From Hydrolagus colliei (lineage: Eukaryota), in contig CM068744.1 of assembly GCA_035084275.1 (NCBI GenBank), positions 18,414,001-18,478,000 of the forward strand: a DNA stretch of 64,000 bases. The letters are read 5' to 3'. Below the pieces are notes generated by a model. That model was not told where the DNA came from. It saw nothing but the letters and a program-made list of their open reading frames with translations, and searched no databases. A program made the translations under genes and the position numbers. This document shows positions 23,158 through 36,454 of this stretch, in pieces (positions within the stretch are counted from its first letter, which is position 1; the number at the start of each line of letters is the position of its first letter).

Positions 23158-23686
23158 TTTGACTTTCCCTTCATCAAGAAGGAAAAAAGCTTTTAACAAA
23201 CGTGTACTCATATTATATGTAAAGGAAAAATTTACTCTAAACACATGCCACATATTTATTTGGTGTAACACAATACAGTACATATCTATGAATTACTTAC
23301 CATGTATTATTTTAGTAATGTACTGGATAAATATGCGATTTACTTGGCTTAACGAGTTCTACTGGTAATTGCCCCACAAACGTAGGATTAGCTGAAAATT
23401 GTGTCAGGTATATGTCTCCAATAACTCCCTGACACAATGACAGTCCCTCAGAAACAGATACCCACTATTCCTAGAAACTTTATTCATACATGGCCAACAA
23501 CATGATTCATCAAGTAAGCTAGTGTTAGACACAATTCTCTGCTGTTCCTCTTCTTTGACAATTACCCACAAACATTCAGATCAATTTACTTCTAATCTCT
23601 TTGTTGGATTCTCTTCCCATCGCCATACAGTCCTTAAGGTGTTCCATGCGGCTCAATCTTTGGTCCACATCTTTTCTTCATTTCCG

Positions 23687-24200
23687 CAGAAGGCATGATC
23701 GAAAAGGAAGATTTTAAGACTGGCCTTGAAGGAGGCAAGAGAGGAAGTAATGCAAAGGGACTGTGGAATGGAGTTCCAGAGTGTGGGGGCAGAGAGACTG
23801 AAAGCCCAGCCACTGATGGTAGGGCGGGTCAGGAGGGAGACATGGAGCAGAAGGGAGCCTAATGAACAGAGGAGGCAAGTATGTTGGTAGGGAGTCAGCA
23901 TCAGAGAGATAGGAAGGGACAATGGCCTTGAATGTGAGGACAAGGATCTTGAATTCGATCCCCTGGGGGATGGGGAGCCAATGTAGCAGGGTGAGAGTAG
24001 GAATGACGTGGTTACAGAGCTTGGTGCGAGAGAGGACACAAGTTCTGGTTGGTCTGCAGCTTGTGAAAGGAAGAGCCAGGAAGGTTGATAATAAGGAAGT
24101 TTTCATAGTCAAACCTTGATGTGACGAATGCATGGATGAGGGTTTTGGCAGCCTCAAGGGTGAGGCAGTGGCGGAATCTGGCAATGTGACGGAGTTGGTG
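23687..24200 (-). mobile_element. L2 LINE C-terminal fragment
   Basis: LHWLPIPQGIEFKILVLTFKA and AFSLSAPTLWNSIP in minus-strand ORFs. Confidence 0.9.
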
Positions 24201-24539
24201 TCATGGTGTGGATGTTGGGGAGAAAGGATAGTTGAGGATCAAACAAGACACCCAAGTTCTTGTTCTTGGCAAACAAGCACTCTGGATCTCTCCTCCAAAA
24301 TCTTTTCAACTCACACCTTCCTCTCTTATTTCAAGAAAATCTGAAGAACTTTTGCCTCCTCATCCTCCTTCCCCCACCTCATTTCCTCCCAGTTCAGGTT
24401 CCTCCGCCATCCTTATAAAGTGTTTTGAGACATCTTCTGCTCTACTTATCAACACTCTTGTATAACTAGCGGTGTTAGATGAAGTAACAGAAAAAGACTA
24501 ATGCCTATAGAAATATGTCACTGGAATGATAAAAAAAAA

Positions 24540-24826
24540 AAAAGTGGCTATTCTCCTTGGGGTGAGATAAGCAGAATATCCTTGGAGCTGAACTGAACTC
24601 AAGGTGACATATGTGGCAATGCAATGTCAGAAACAAGCCTTCTCTTTGTTGCAGTCTCGGTCGTCTGATTCCTGAGCCAGCAGATCCACAGTATTCCAAA
24701 CTACCATTGATGTCAGCACAGCCAGATTACCTCATTGGCAAGACTTTGAAGAGCTGGGATGCCAGCCTCTGAGGGCAGGGATTACTTCCACAGGGAATCC
24801 TCAGCACCTGCTAATCTTGCAAGCCA
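24540..24826 (-). repeat. Family X fragment, split by the CR1 insertion (continues at about 28423-28440)
   Basis: ttggagctgaactgaactcaaggtgacat...ctgctaatcttgcaagcca|aagccct matches the family consensus ctgttaaccctgcaagccaaagccct. Confidence 0.75.
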
Positions 24827-25468
24827 GTGCAGGAATCTACTGAAAGTGTGGCACACACAAACCGGTACTCTGGTGTGGATAAGAGTGTTGATATCTCAGG
24901 GGGGAGCAATGCAGAGTCTGTGGATACACAGGGGGCCATGGTAGGGGAAAAATGTTCAAAGACAATTGTCATAGGGAATGCAACTGTCCAAGGTATAGAC
25001 AGGCGTTTTTGTGACCAAAAACATGAATCTCGGATGGTATGTTGCCTCCCTGTTGCAAGGGTTGAGGATGTCACTGAACGGGTACATAAAATTCTGGAGG
25101 GGGAAGGGGAACATCCAGAAGTTGTGGTCCATGTCGGGACCCATGATATTGGGTGGAAGAGGTCTGAGATGCTCCAGGGAGAATATCAGAAGCTGGGAAA
25201 AAAGCTGAAAACTGGAACCTCGGAGGTGGTGATCTCTCGATCATTCCCGGTGCCTCGAGCAGGTGAATTTCTAAACAGTAGGATAAGGCACATGAATGCT
25301 TGGCTGGAGAAGTGGTGTACCAAATAGGGCTTCAGGTTCCTGGATCATTGGGACTGGTTCTGGGGCAGGTGGAACCTGCAAAAGATGGATGGGTTACACC
25401 TGAACAAGGCTGGGATCAATGTCCTTGCAGGGAGATTAACTAACGCTGTAGGGGGGCGTTTAAACTAA
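24827..25468 (+). pseudogene. CR1 ORF1 remnant, SGNH/GDSL esterase-like domain
   Basis: IVIG(N)A, CCLPVARV, VVVHVGTHD and DGLHLN motifs; one in-frame TAG at 25325-25327. Confidence 0.9.
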
Positions 25469-25469
25469 T

Positions 25470-28336
25470 TTTATGTGGGGATGGGACTGCATACAATAGT
25501 TCAGTTAGAGGAGGGGTAAGGGGAGTGGTAGGAAAGGAGAAAAGTATAGAGCAGGCCAATTCTGTCTTGAAGTGCATGTATGCAAATGCGTGTAGTTTGA
25601 CAAACAAAATTGGTGAGTTGCTGGCTCAAGTTGCTGCAAGGGGATATGATGTAGTAGCATTAACAGAGACCTGACTCAAGGAAGGGCAGGAATGGTAACT
25701 GAACATTCCTGGTTATAATGTATTCAGGAGGGATAGAGAAGGGAGAAAAGGAGGGGGGAGTGGCAATATTTATTAAGGACTCGGTTACAGCCTTAGAAAG
25801 GATCGAGGTGGAAGAAAGCCTGAAAACCGAATCTATTTGGTTGGAGTTGAGGAACAAAAAAGGAGCAGTTACACTGTTAGGGGTATACTATAGACCACCA
25901 AATAGCGGGAAGGAGATAGACGAGCGGATCTGCAAGCAGATTTCAGAAAGATGCAGAGCTAATAGAGTAGTGATATTGGGTGACTTTAATTATCCCGACA
26001 TCAACCGGCAGAACAGTACTGTAAAGGGCAAGGAGGGAAAATAATTCCTGAAATGTATACAGGACAACTTTCTCGATCAATATGTTTCTGGTCCAACAAG
26101 GAAGGAAGCAGTTCTGGATCTAGTTTTGGTGAATGAGGTGGGGTAATAGAGCAGGTTTCTGTAGGTGAGCACCTGGGGAATAGTGATCACAATATCATTA
26201 GGTTCAGTGTAATTATCGAAAGGGAACACTCAAAGGTGAAGACACTCAACTGGAAGAAGGCTAATTTCAGTGAGCTAAGCGGGACCTAGCCGAGGTGGAC
26301 TGGAAAGAAAGATCGGCAGGTAAAATGGCTAACAAGCAGTGGGCGGTCTTCAAGGAAGAGATAATTCAGGCACAGATTAGAAACATTCTAACAAAGGTAA
26401 AATGTAAGGCATCGAAACCTCTCTGGATGATGAGGGCAAATGGGGTTAAAATAAAGCAAAAAAAGGAGGCTTATAATAAGTGTCAGGCTCAGAATACAGA
26501 ATTAAACCAATCAGAATATAGGAAATGCAGGAGAGAAATAAAAAAGGAAGTTAGTGGGACAAAAAGGATGCATGAGAAACAATTAGCAGGTAACTTTAAA
26601 GGGAATCCTAAGGTATTTTACAACCATATTAAGGGTAAAAGATTGGTCAAGGGTAGGGTGGGGCCAATAAGGGACCAAGGAGGAAATCTTATTGTGGAGG
26701 CAGAGGGCATGGCTGATGTACTGAATGAGTACTTTGCCTCTGTCTTCACAAGGGAAGAAGATGCAGCCAATGTCACAGTATTGGAAAAGAGTGTAGTAGA
26801 AATGGATAAGATAAGCATAACCAGAGAGGAAGTACTAACAAGGTTGACGGCGCTCAAGGTAGATAAGTTGCCCGGTCCGGATGGGATGCATCCTAGGTTA
26901 CTAAGGGAAATACGAGAGCAAATATCAGAGACTCTGGCCATAATCTTTCAATCTTCCTTGGACACATGGGTGGTGCCAGAGGACTGTAGGGTTGCTAATG
27001 TTACTCCCTTGTATAAAAAGGGCAGAAGGACAAACCTGGGAACTACAGGCCAGTCAGTCTAATGTCAGTAGTGAGCAAACTTCTAGAGTCTATAATCAGA
27101 GACAAAATAGATCTTCACTTAGAAAAATATAGGCTGATAAAGGACACCCAGCACAGATTTGTTAAAGGCAAATCTTGCCTTACAAATCTGATAGAATTTT
27201 TCAACGATGTAACAGAATGGGTGGACGAGGGCAGCGCAGTTTATGTAGTTTACATGGGCTTTCAAAAGGCATTTGACAAATAAGTCGCATGAGAGGCTTA
27301 TTAGGAAAGTAGAGGCCACGGCGTTAAAGGGACAGTGGTAGCGTGGATCCACAACTGGCTGCGAGATAGAAAGCAGAGCGTTGTGGTGATTGGCTGCTTT
27401 TCAGACTGAAGGGAAGTGTGCAGTGGCGTCCCCCAGGGATCAGTTTTGGGACCACTGCTGTTTTTAACATACATGAATGATTTGGGTTTAGGGAGTACGG
27501 TTTCCAAATTTGCAGATGATTCTAAGTTAGGGAGAATAGTAAATAGTGAGTAGGATAGCAGCCATCTGCAAGAGGATAAAAATAAAATGGTAAAGTGGGC
27601 AGACACATGGCAGATGAAGTTTAATACAGAGAAGTGTGAGGTGAAATACTTTGGGAGAAGAAATGAGGGGAGGCAATATAGGCTAGAGAGTACAATTTTA
27701 AAGGGTGTGAAGGAACAGAGAGTCCTGGGGATTTGTGTTAGTGACTATTTGAAAGTGGCAGGACAGGTAGACAAAGCCGTTAAGAAGGCAAATGGGATAC
27801 TAGGCTTTATAAATAGGGGTATAGAATACAAAAGTCAGGAAGTGCTGATTAACCTCTATAAGACTTTGGTTAGGCATCAGCTGGAGTACTGTGTACAATT
27901 CTGGTCACCACACTTTAGGAAGGATATTAAGGCATTAGAAAGGGTGCAGAGGAGATTTACTAGCACAGTACCAGGAATGAGTGACTTCAGCTATGAGAAA
28001 AGGCTAGATAGGCTAGGCTTATTCTCTCTAGAACAAAGAAGATTGAGAGGAGACCTAATAGAGGTTTATAAGATTATGAGAGGTTTCGACAGGATGAATA
28101 GGGAAAGACTGTTTCCACTGGTGGGCGAATCAGTGACTCGTGGTCACAAATTTAAAATAGTTTCAAAACGAAGCAGAGAGGAGCTGAGGAGAAATTGTTT
28201 CACTCAACGGGTTGTTCGAATCTGGAATGCATTGCCTGAAAAGATGGTGGAGGCAAATTTTAAAAGGGAACTAGATCTTTACTTAGGAAGAGCAGGTCTG
28301 TTAGGTTATGGAGAGAAAGCTGGGCAGTGGGATTGA
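25470..28336 (+). pseudogene. CR1 ORF2 remnant (AP endonuclease plus reverse transcriptase) with several stops and frameshifts
   Basis: YANACSL, GVYYRPP, LGDFNYP, PGPDGMHPR, GVPQGSVLGPLLF, FADD at 27509-27520, LERVQRR, RRLRGDLIEV. Confidence 0.95.
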
Positions 28337-28913
28337 GTTGCTCTCTTCAAAGAGCCGACTCAGACTAGATGGACCGAATGGCCTTCTTTTGTGCCGTATA
28401 ATTCTATGATTCTATGAAGCCAAAGCCCTCCAAAATGTTCTTCAGATTCTGTGACCAAACAAGATCCACATATATTTCCATTTAGATATGGCACTTAATC
28501 TGTGCCCCAACTGAAACTCATTTCATTGCATCGTATATAGTTGGTATGATATTAATTCTGTTCTAATCAATTGATAAGCTACTGTATAAATTGAAATTAT
28601 ACTATATGACATCATATTATTCCTGGTAATTGGTTACCCATTCTTATGATTTCTTTTTTTTAAAAAAGCATGGTTCTGAATTTTCTGTGCCTCTAGATTA
28701 AGATTAGCTCAATTGCATTCCGCAAAATGCATATGAAAGAACCATAGAATATAAAAAGAAATAATGATTTTTGAAATTGATAAAGTAGTTTTACATCAGG
28801 ATAGAGTCTCAAAGTGCATCATAGGATTTACTGTAAGATGTGGCAACTGTGTAATTTATAGGCAAATGCCTTGTCAGTGACATTGTCAGCAGTCTACCAG
28901 GGAAGGATGTTAA

Positions 28914-29226
28914 TGGAGTCCTGTAGCTCAGTGGTTAGAGCACTTGCCTTACAAGTGGGAGACCTGGGTTAAATTCCAGGCAGTGTGAAAGCTTGGGCAA
29001 GTTTCCTTATTCCACATGCCTAATAATAATCCCTCAAATAAAACAATAATTAATTAGTCATTTTAATCCATAATTGTTTGTGAAACACTGCTGTGCCCAA
29101 TTGGCTGCCGTTTCTCCCACAAATATACCGGAAATTCACTTTACAATATATTCTGTGAAGCACTTTGAGACGTTTAGAAGACGTGAAAAGTACAATACAG
29201 CAAGGATAAGTATTATTATATTATTA
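28914..29226 (+). mobile_element. Young tRNA-headed SINE (family Y), full length
   Basis: tggagtcctgtagctcagtggttagagcac head, body and tail. Confidence 0.92.
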
Positions 29227-30453
29227 TATCAAATTTGGGAGGAATTTGGTTAATCTAACTGAGGAATAACATTTACATTACCAAATCAGTTGGATTCAGA
29301 TCGATAGATTACAGTGCTTTGGTTATCCACACTTGCAACATTGCTTAGACTTCTGGTCACACTAGGACTGTCAAGGCTCTCACAGAAGCAATTTTTGAAG
29401 GTTGAGGAACAAGCTCTTCAACGAGGAGATTATGTAGATTTATATAATACTAAAGGGAATATAGATATAAAGCATATTACGTTTACATGCACCAAGGCAG
29501 GAGGACAGGAAGGCACAAATTTTGAAGAATTCTAGGGCAAACACAAGTAAATATCTATTTATATCGACAATAGTTAACAGCTGAATTGGTCACCAAGAAG
29601 GATAGTTGAGACCAGTACACTAGACATTTAAGATATCCAGCTTGATGCTGCAATGAGAAAATGGGAAGGTGAATACTGTATTCTGAAAGGATGAAATCAA
29701 ATGTGCTAAAAAGCATTCTTCATCTTTACACTTCTTCCAAACACTTTTAATTGTATGAAACTCAGATGTCCCAGGCTCTATATTGAGCTCTCCATGGTCC
29801 TTAAGTACAAAAACGGATTTGGTGATATTGTGGTGAAGTATATAATAATAATCCTTAGATATGATACATCCCCTTAACATATCTCTATGTCATCTTAAAG
29901 CACGTCACAAAATTTTACCATGATGTGTAGCGACTGCATTTGTAGACATTATTGGGTACCCTCATGTCCCAAAGATGCTCCAGATGAAAATGTGCAGTGA
30001 AAATAATGGTTCGTTTAATTTATCAGCTGTTGTGTTGTTCAGCCTAGTAAAGTCCTGGAAGCAGGTTTTTGCCATGCCAAAAAAACTAAAACCTTGGCAC
30101 AATGTAATACACGGCCCACTCACAACAATGTGGAATCTGCAATGTAGAATGTGCAGTCACATATACTACTTACCAGTTTCTGACTAACTGCAAAGTTCTA
30201 ATGATAGAGTGTTTTCTCTTATATTCAATTGATAGAAATTGAATGTGTCTGAGAGACCATCTGAATTTTTTTTGACAAAAGCATTGGCAAAACCAGGCAA
30301 ATGCTTAGCAACAAAACCGATGCATTGTTAAAACTACTGTTACTACTACCAATCATAATTATTATAATAATAATTATCCTTGCATTTGCTAGACAGCCTT
30401 TCATATTGAGGCATTTCACAAAATATTTCACAAAAGTTGAGATACTGAATATT

Positions 30454-31052
30454 TCATAGAATCATAGAATCTTATGGCACAAAAAGAGGCCATTCGGCCC
30501 ATCGAGTCTGTGCTGACTCTTTAAAAAGAGCAATTTAATCCCATTCTACAGCTCTCTCCCCATAACCTCGCAAACCCGGCCTCCCCAAATAAATGTCTAC
30601 CTTTCTTTTAAAAGTTGTTATCAAATCGGTCTCCACCACCTTTTCAGGCAATGCATTCCAGGTTCAAACAACTCGCTGAGTGAAAACATTTCTCCTCAGC
30701 TCCCCTCTGCTTCTTTTTGAAATTATTTTAAATCTGTGACCACGAGTCACTGATACACCCACCAGTGGAAACAGTTTTTCCCTATCTACTCTGTCGAATT
30801 CCTTCATGATCTTAAAAACCTCTATTAGGTCTCCTCGCAACCTTCTCTGTTCCAATGAGAATAAACCTAGGCTCTCTAGCCTTTCCTCATAGCTGAAGTC
30901 CCTCATTCCTGGTACCGTCCTAGTAAATCTCCACTGTGCCCTTTCCAATGCCTTAACATCATTCCTAAAGTGTGGTGACCAGAATTGTCTAGCTGAGGCC
31001 TAACCAAAGTTTTATAGAGTTTAGTTAGAACTTCCTGACTTTTGTACTCTGT
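30454..31052 (-). mobile_element. CR1 3' fragment, closely similar to the 3' end of 24827-28416
   Basis: ORF 30664-30948(-) LGLFSLEQRRLRGDLIEV; (catagaat)2 terminus. Confidence 0.95.
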
Positions 31053-33850
31053 AGGCTGGAATGTTATTTAATCCAATACACAATGCAGATTCACTTGGAA
31101 CTTTTAATTCCAACTTTACAAATCAAGCTGTTTCAAATCTGCCCAGTCAGTTTCCTGGAATCCTTTTATCCTTGCATTTTCCATATTCAATTACCACTTC
31201 AAGGACTTATGTCCTTGAAGCAATATGCAACATAGGCAAATGTGGTAGACTATTTAGACACAGCAATGCCACACAAGCAGCCAAAAGTGAACTACTAATT
31301 TTATTTGGGATATTGTTGGATAGTACACTAGATGAAGAAAGTTCTTTCCCTTTTTGAATAGTGCCAAAGTATCTTTAACATCTTCCTTAAAAGCGAACCG
31401 GACGTTGGTTTAATACTTCATCTGAAGGACTAATGAGCAGAGGAGTCAACTAGTATGAAATACCTGTTCCTATATCAGGTCAAAAACATGGAGATTCAAT
31501 CAACCACAATTTTTTTTAATTGTACAGTGCGTATTTTAAAAGGCATTAGCAAATATTTTGGCCCAATCAAGAAATGTACTTGACAAACATCTGTTGGAAT
31601 CGTCTAATTCTATCTGAGGATCGTCTTTTAGACAAAACTTAAACAGTGTTTTGTGGACACAGCTTGTTTTGTTTTTCAAACAATATTGTGTAAACAACTC
31701 AACTTTATTAAGCTTTTATGTGAATGCTGCTACAATCAACAAGCAGAATAACGATGTACTGCGACAGAGAGCTGATTCTGTTGCAACATTTCATAGTGGT
31801 TGAAAATAAAAATCCTTAAGAGCATGCTTTCGGATACCCTATTGTCTGTCTTTGTTTGTGGGTCTGCAGTTATCCACTATACAATCAGCAATGAGAGAAA
31901 GTAAACTGAGAAAATCACTTGACATCTTGACCCACATTGACTTGTGCAGATTGAACATGTTTTATTTATTAACTTTGCAAGCATTACATATTCTTCTGCA
32001 TCAGGAAAAAAAAATTAAAATAATATTCCAGTTTATCCATATAACAATATCTAGTTGATATTTCAAAATTTCTAGCTGATTTCTACAGTATTTCTATCTA
32101 TTGCCACTGAAAATCAAACTGCCAATGGTTTAAGTAACTTATATGTTATTTAAGATTCATGTAAACTGAATAGATTTTAAAAAAATCTGTGGTAGCTTTT
32201 TATGCTTTGACCTTGCTTGCCCCAGGTGCATTATCAGAGACAGACATTTGGAAACTAAACATGATAAAGACGTCTCCATTTTCTGCAAGTTCATTTACAA
32301 AGTACAGGAGCCTCAAATTATGGTTGAATTGATCATGGAAGGATTCTTTAAAGCCGTGGATCATTCATAAAATGTTTATTATTAATAAGCATTATAATTA
32401 ATATTAATTGTTACATTTGGTATAGTATCTTTCCTGTTAGGGAGAGTGTCTTAAATTACTCCACAGTATATACTGTAAAGTGCAGTGACTGTACATGTTT
32501 CTGTTTTGTGGGCAACTATGACAGCCAGTCAGTACAGCAATATCTTGCGCAAATAGCTATAACTGAATGACTAGTGCATCAAAAGACCCCAATGATCCAT
32601 CGTGTCTGTGCTGGTGTTAGCTAACTAGTGGAGCCATTTACTCAAAACCAATTTTCCTGCTCTTTCTTTATAACCTCTGGGGTAATTTTCCCTCAAATTT
32701 GTATTCACTTAGCTTTTAAATATTATCATGGATTAAGCATAAACTGCCATTTTTAATGCAGCATTACACATTCTATGTTTCCATGAAAAAATAAAATCTC
32801 AGATTTTTCTTTATGTAAGGATGTTAAGTACATTTCCTGTTAAAAAAAAAACCCACAGGCAGCTCAAGGAAGGATTTCAAGCTGGTTGCATTAACATTGT
32901 CAGATTGAGGAGAACCTTTATGCAAATATCCTATTATCTTCCTTGCTTTCAAACTATTAATTATTAATAGAACATTGCAAACAAAATTGTTCTAATCGAT
33001 TAAAGACATTTTCATAAATAACTAGGATCTGATCCATTATTTTTCCAATCAGACATACTTTTCATTTTGCCATTTTAAATCATTTACTTCTTTAGCAATG
33101 TATATATCATTTATTGTTTTGCATTTTCTAGCTTCCTGTTGCAGCACAAAAGGTGTGGCATTTTGAAAGTAAAATACAGTACTATCTTTAACAATGCATG
33201 CAAAGTGCACTGACAGATTCGCTGCAATAAATGAAATCCTCCCCGAAATTCTAATATCTGACAACATGTCAGTGACATTGCTGCAAGCCACTGAATTAGA
33301 AAATAAAAGATTGATCGATGCATGCAGATAATTCAGACCTCAGCACCAACACCTCAGTGTCATCCTAACAATAAAACAAAATTCATTCAAATAATATCTG
33401 GCACTGAGTAATGCAGCAAGTAGCAAACAAAAATCTTGATTGGCTGGATAAAGGGATTTATATGCCAATGTGCAAAAAAAATTCATGTATTGAAAGAAAG
33501 AAAAGGATGAGATAAAAAATAACAACAAATTACAATTATAGTGTCTATTTCACGCCATGAGGGATCTGATCATTATCCAGGGGATAATTGTCAAATATAT
33601 AGTCATTCTTTTTCCATTTTTATGAGCCATGAAGGAAGTTATCATGACTGAAAACTATTTCCATGGATTAAAATCTCACACCAATTCTTATGATCCTTCC
33701 CAAATAACAATTTCATTCTAGTTCCATGTTCTAAAAAAAGTTATACATATATAAATCATTCATGTTGGGGTCAACTTAGAATGTTTAAAAAGGCAGACAG
33801 AAACTCTGGAATACGAGAGAGCTGTACCTCATAATTAATGTAACAGGTTT

Positions 33851-34028
33851 TTAAGAAAAAAAACTTATAAAACTTCTCCCTCCAAACAAGTCCCAGTTCT
33901 GACGAAGGGTTGTAGACCCGAAATGTTGACTCTTTTTCCTCTCTCCGTGGATGCTGCTTGACCTGCTGAGTTTCCCAGCAACTTTTGTTTTGATTTAGAT
34001 TCCCAGCATCTGTAGTATTTTGTGTCTT
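33851..34028 (+). mobile_element. Penelope-like terminal-repeat insertion with a 17-bp TSD
   Basis: attaatgtaacaggttt at 33834-33850 and 34029-34045; gatgctgcttgacctgctgagtttcccagca body shared with the 20.1 kb copy. Confidence 0.8.
33895..33931 (+). ncRNA. Minimal type I hammerhead ribozyme motif (probably decayed)
   Basis: stem I agtt/gact; CTGACGA 33899-33905; stem II gggt-tgtag-accc; GAAA 33920-33923; tgtt, probably from cgtt. Confidence 0.65.
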
Positions 34029-35189
34029 ATTAATGTAACAGGTTTGGTTTGTGACTGATTCTACATACAGTGACTAAGTTATATTATTGTAGCCAGCTTC
34101 CATTATTCCCAAATTAATTAACAAACAGTACTGAATCTCAGAGTTGTCCCACCATTTCCCTTCCTTCCATCAACACTCATATAAAATCATGATATGAGTT
34201 CTACTCCAAACTATTACAATGAAAACATAATAAGTCTAATTTGTTGAAGATTTACACAAACATAACTGTGGCTAATAAAAATTGACCAGTATTCAGTAGG
34301 GAGTCATTTTCATATTGTTACAATATATTGTTCTCAGTCTCAGGCTGCCTGCCTTTGGTGGTCCCACATGACCTATTTCAGCAGCTAGAAGCCACAATCC
34401 ATGTCAATTTGTATAAGGTGCCTTCGGCTGCAATATACCTGCTTTAAACAAAATGCTTTTAGGACAGGTCCTCACTCGCCAAATTGCTCAAAGACATCAG
34501 AATCTACTTCATAATTTGCTGCCTTTGAAAGGCGTTATATCAAATGTAAGGATAATCATTGTTAATAATAAAGGGAAGCGATGATTAAGTACAGAGTAAA
34601 AATTCCATTTGACATTTTCCTGGCTCTCAAACTTTTCAAAATGCACTTGATCTTAATCACTGGACATCAATATGAAGTCGTCTGTAATTTGATCCTGAGG
34701 CATGTCTATGAATTAATTCACAGGTGGTTAGCTTGAATGTTTATTATTCTTTGGGATGGCTCATAACATTTTTACTTTTACTTTTACTTTAGACTTGAAA
34801 CTTCATTTTATTACATAGATCCTTCAAAGGCTGCATGAGAACCATAGCTTATTGTGTCTCTGGATTGTTTCAAAGTTAGATCCCAAAACAATCCGAGTTG
34901 CAAGAATCATTGTTGCCCATCTTTTCCCAGCATTGGGAAAGAGTATACAATATTCTGTTTCTAATAAAATTCATTTCTATTCTTGATTATGGCTTATTAA
35001 ATATAAACCTGTGATGTTTAGCTCTACTTTCATTATTTGATTCCTATCAGTTGGTTTGCTCCTACATCATTAATTGCCTTTCAAGACCTAAATCAGCCCG
35101 ACTCCAATGATGTGTCAGTCTGACTCAGTTGGCAGCACTCTCACCTTTGAGTTAGATATTTAATTTAATATTTAAAGGTCAGATCAGTC

Positions 35190-35410
35190 ACTGAGGGTAG
35201 GGATTTATCCCACACAGCTTCTGTTAACCCTGCAAGCCAAAACCCTCTAGGGTGTTCCGAGCTGGACAAGTACCAGGAAAGCTTGCCAAATATTGATATC
35301 AATGGCAAGTTATATAGGTTTAGCAGGTTAGACTCCAGCAGTGTCCCAGTGGACACTCTGAGATACCCCAAGCCTTGCTTCTTCCCAGCTTTTGCTTAAT
35401 ACTGTTTCAG
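35190..35410 (-). repeat. Family X fragment
   Basis: ctgttaaccctgcaagccaaa...tcaatggcaag...ggttagactccagcagt...ccccaagcctt. Confidence 0.8.
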
Positions 35411-35463
35411 CTAAGCAGGATACATCTCTTCGTCATTATTATTATTCAATCAGATTCCATGCA

Positions 35464-35854
35464 TCAGCCTGGATCAGTTAGCAGCATTCATGCCTCTGCA
35501 TCAGAAGATTATACATTTAAACAGTTCAAACCCCACATCAGGAGTTGAGCATTCGGTTTAGCCTGATATTCTAGTACAGTATCAGTAGATCCCTATTTTT
35601 TAATGCATGCTGTTCTTTGGCTGAGATTTTAACCCAATGTCTCAATGACACCATTTGAAAAAAGAAGAGAGGTTCTATTGATGTCCTGACCAACAGTCTA
35701 AAGAAAATGGTTATTCACTTCATGACTGTTTGTGGAACATTGCCATGTACAAAGTGGATGCTGCATTCATCCACAAAAACACCATAACTCTACTCTAAAG
35801 AGCTTTGAAAAGTTTTGATACAATAAAGAATTGAATCAAATGCAAGGATTATTA
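35464..35854 (+). mobile_element. Old SacSINE1-like Deu-SINE, near full length
   Basis: tcagcctggatcagttagcagca head, gttcaaacccca B box, Deu core, tail. Confidence 0.75.
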
Positions 35855-36340
35855 GCAAATTCTCTTTGAAGGAAGGTAAATACACAGTATGTTTCAAATC
35901 TGTTGGAATAGTGATCTCACCTGGGTCAGAATAAGTTGTTTCAACTATTGTCAAACACCTTCAGGGTTCACATTGAACTAGGTTGAAATGTTTAATTGTG
36001 GTAAGTATTAGAAGAAAGATTGTCAGGTCAGATAACCAAGCAAGTGGGAGGAGCAGGGTAGGGTGGAAGGGAGGGAGAGAGTTAGGAGGGGAGAAAGAGA
36101 GATGGGAGAGCAGCGGAAGGCACGATCGAAGAGGAAGTTATGATAAGTTATTTGAATAAGCATGTAACTAACCAGGGACACACTAACAGACAAAAACAAG
36201 TCCAGAATTTGAGCTTATCTTGAACTGTATGAAATAGTTGTTGCTTCCAAATTTTACAACAATCTCCAGATTATTCATTGCAATTTGATCAGTGTGGCCA
36301 CACATGACTGCATGTGTTGCTCGCAATGGCATTCTTATAT

Positions 36341-36451
36341 CAACAAAATTGCATTTGTATAGTGCCTTTCACGTCGGAAGGACGTCCCAAGGCATTGGAC
36401 AGTCAGTATTTCAGACCCGAGCTAGGGTTGCGACCAGGGAGGGTGGAGGGA
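36341..36451 (-). mobile_element. L2 3' tail
   Basis: caacaaaattgcatttgtatagtgcctttcacgtcggaaggacgtcccaagg. Confidence 0.9.
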
Positions 36452-36454
36452 AAG

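Larger units (their letters stand above)
24827..28416 (+). mobile_element. CR1 LINE, 5'-truncated within ORF1, inactive
   Basis: ORF1 esterase, APE endonuclease, RT and (ATTCTATG)2 terminus; AAGCCA duplicated at 24821-24826 and 28417-28422. Confidence 0.97.

Noticed and set aside
26295-28336. Long ORFs (255 and 249 aa) as host genes
   Set aside because: Fragments of a disrupted CR1 ORF2
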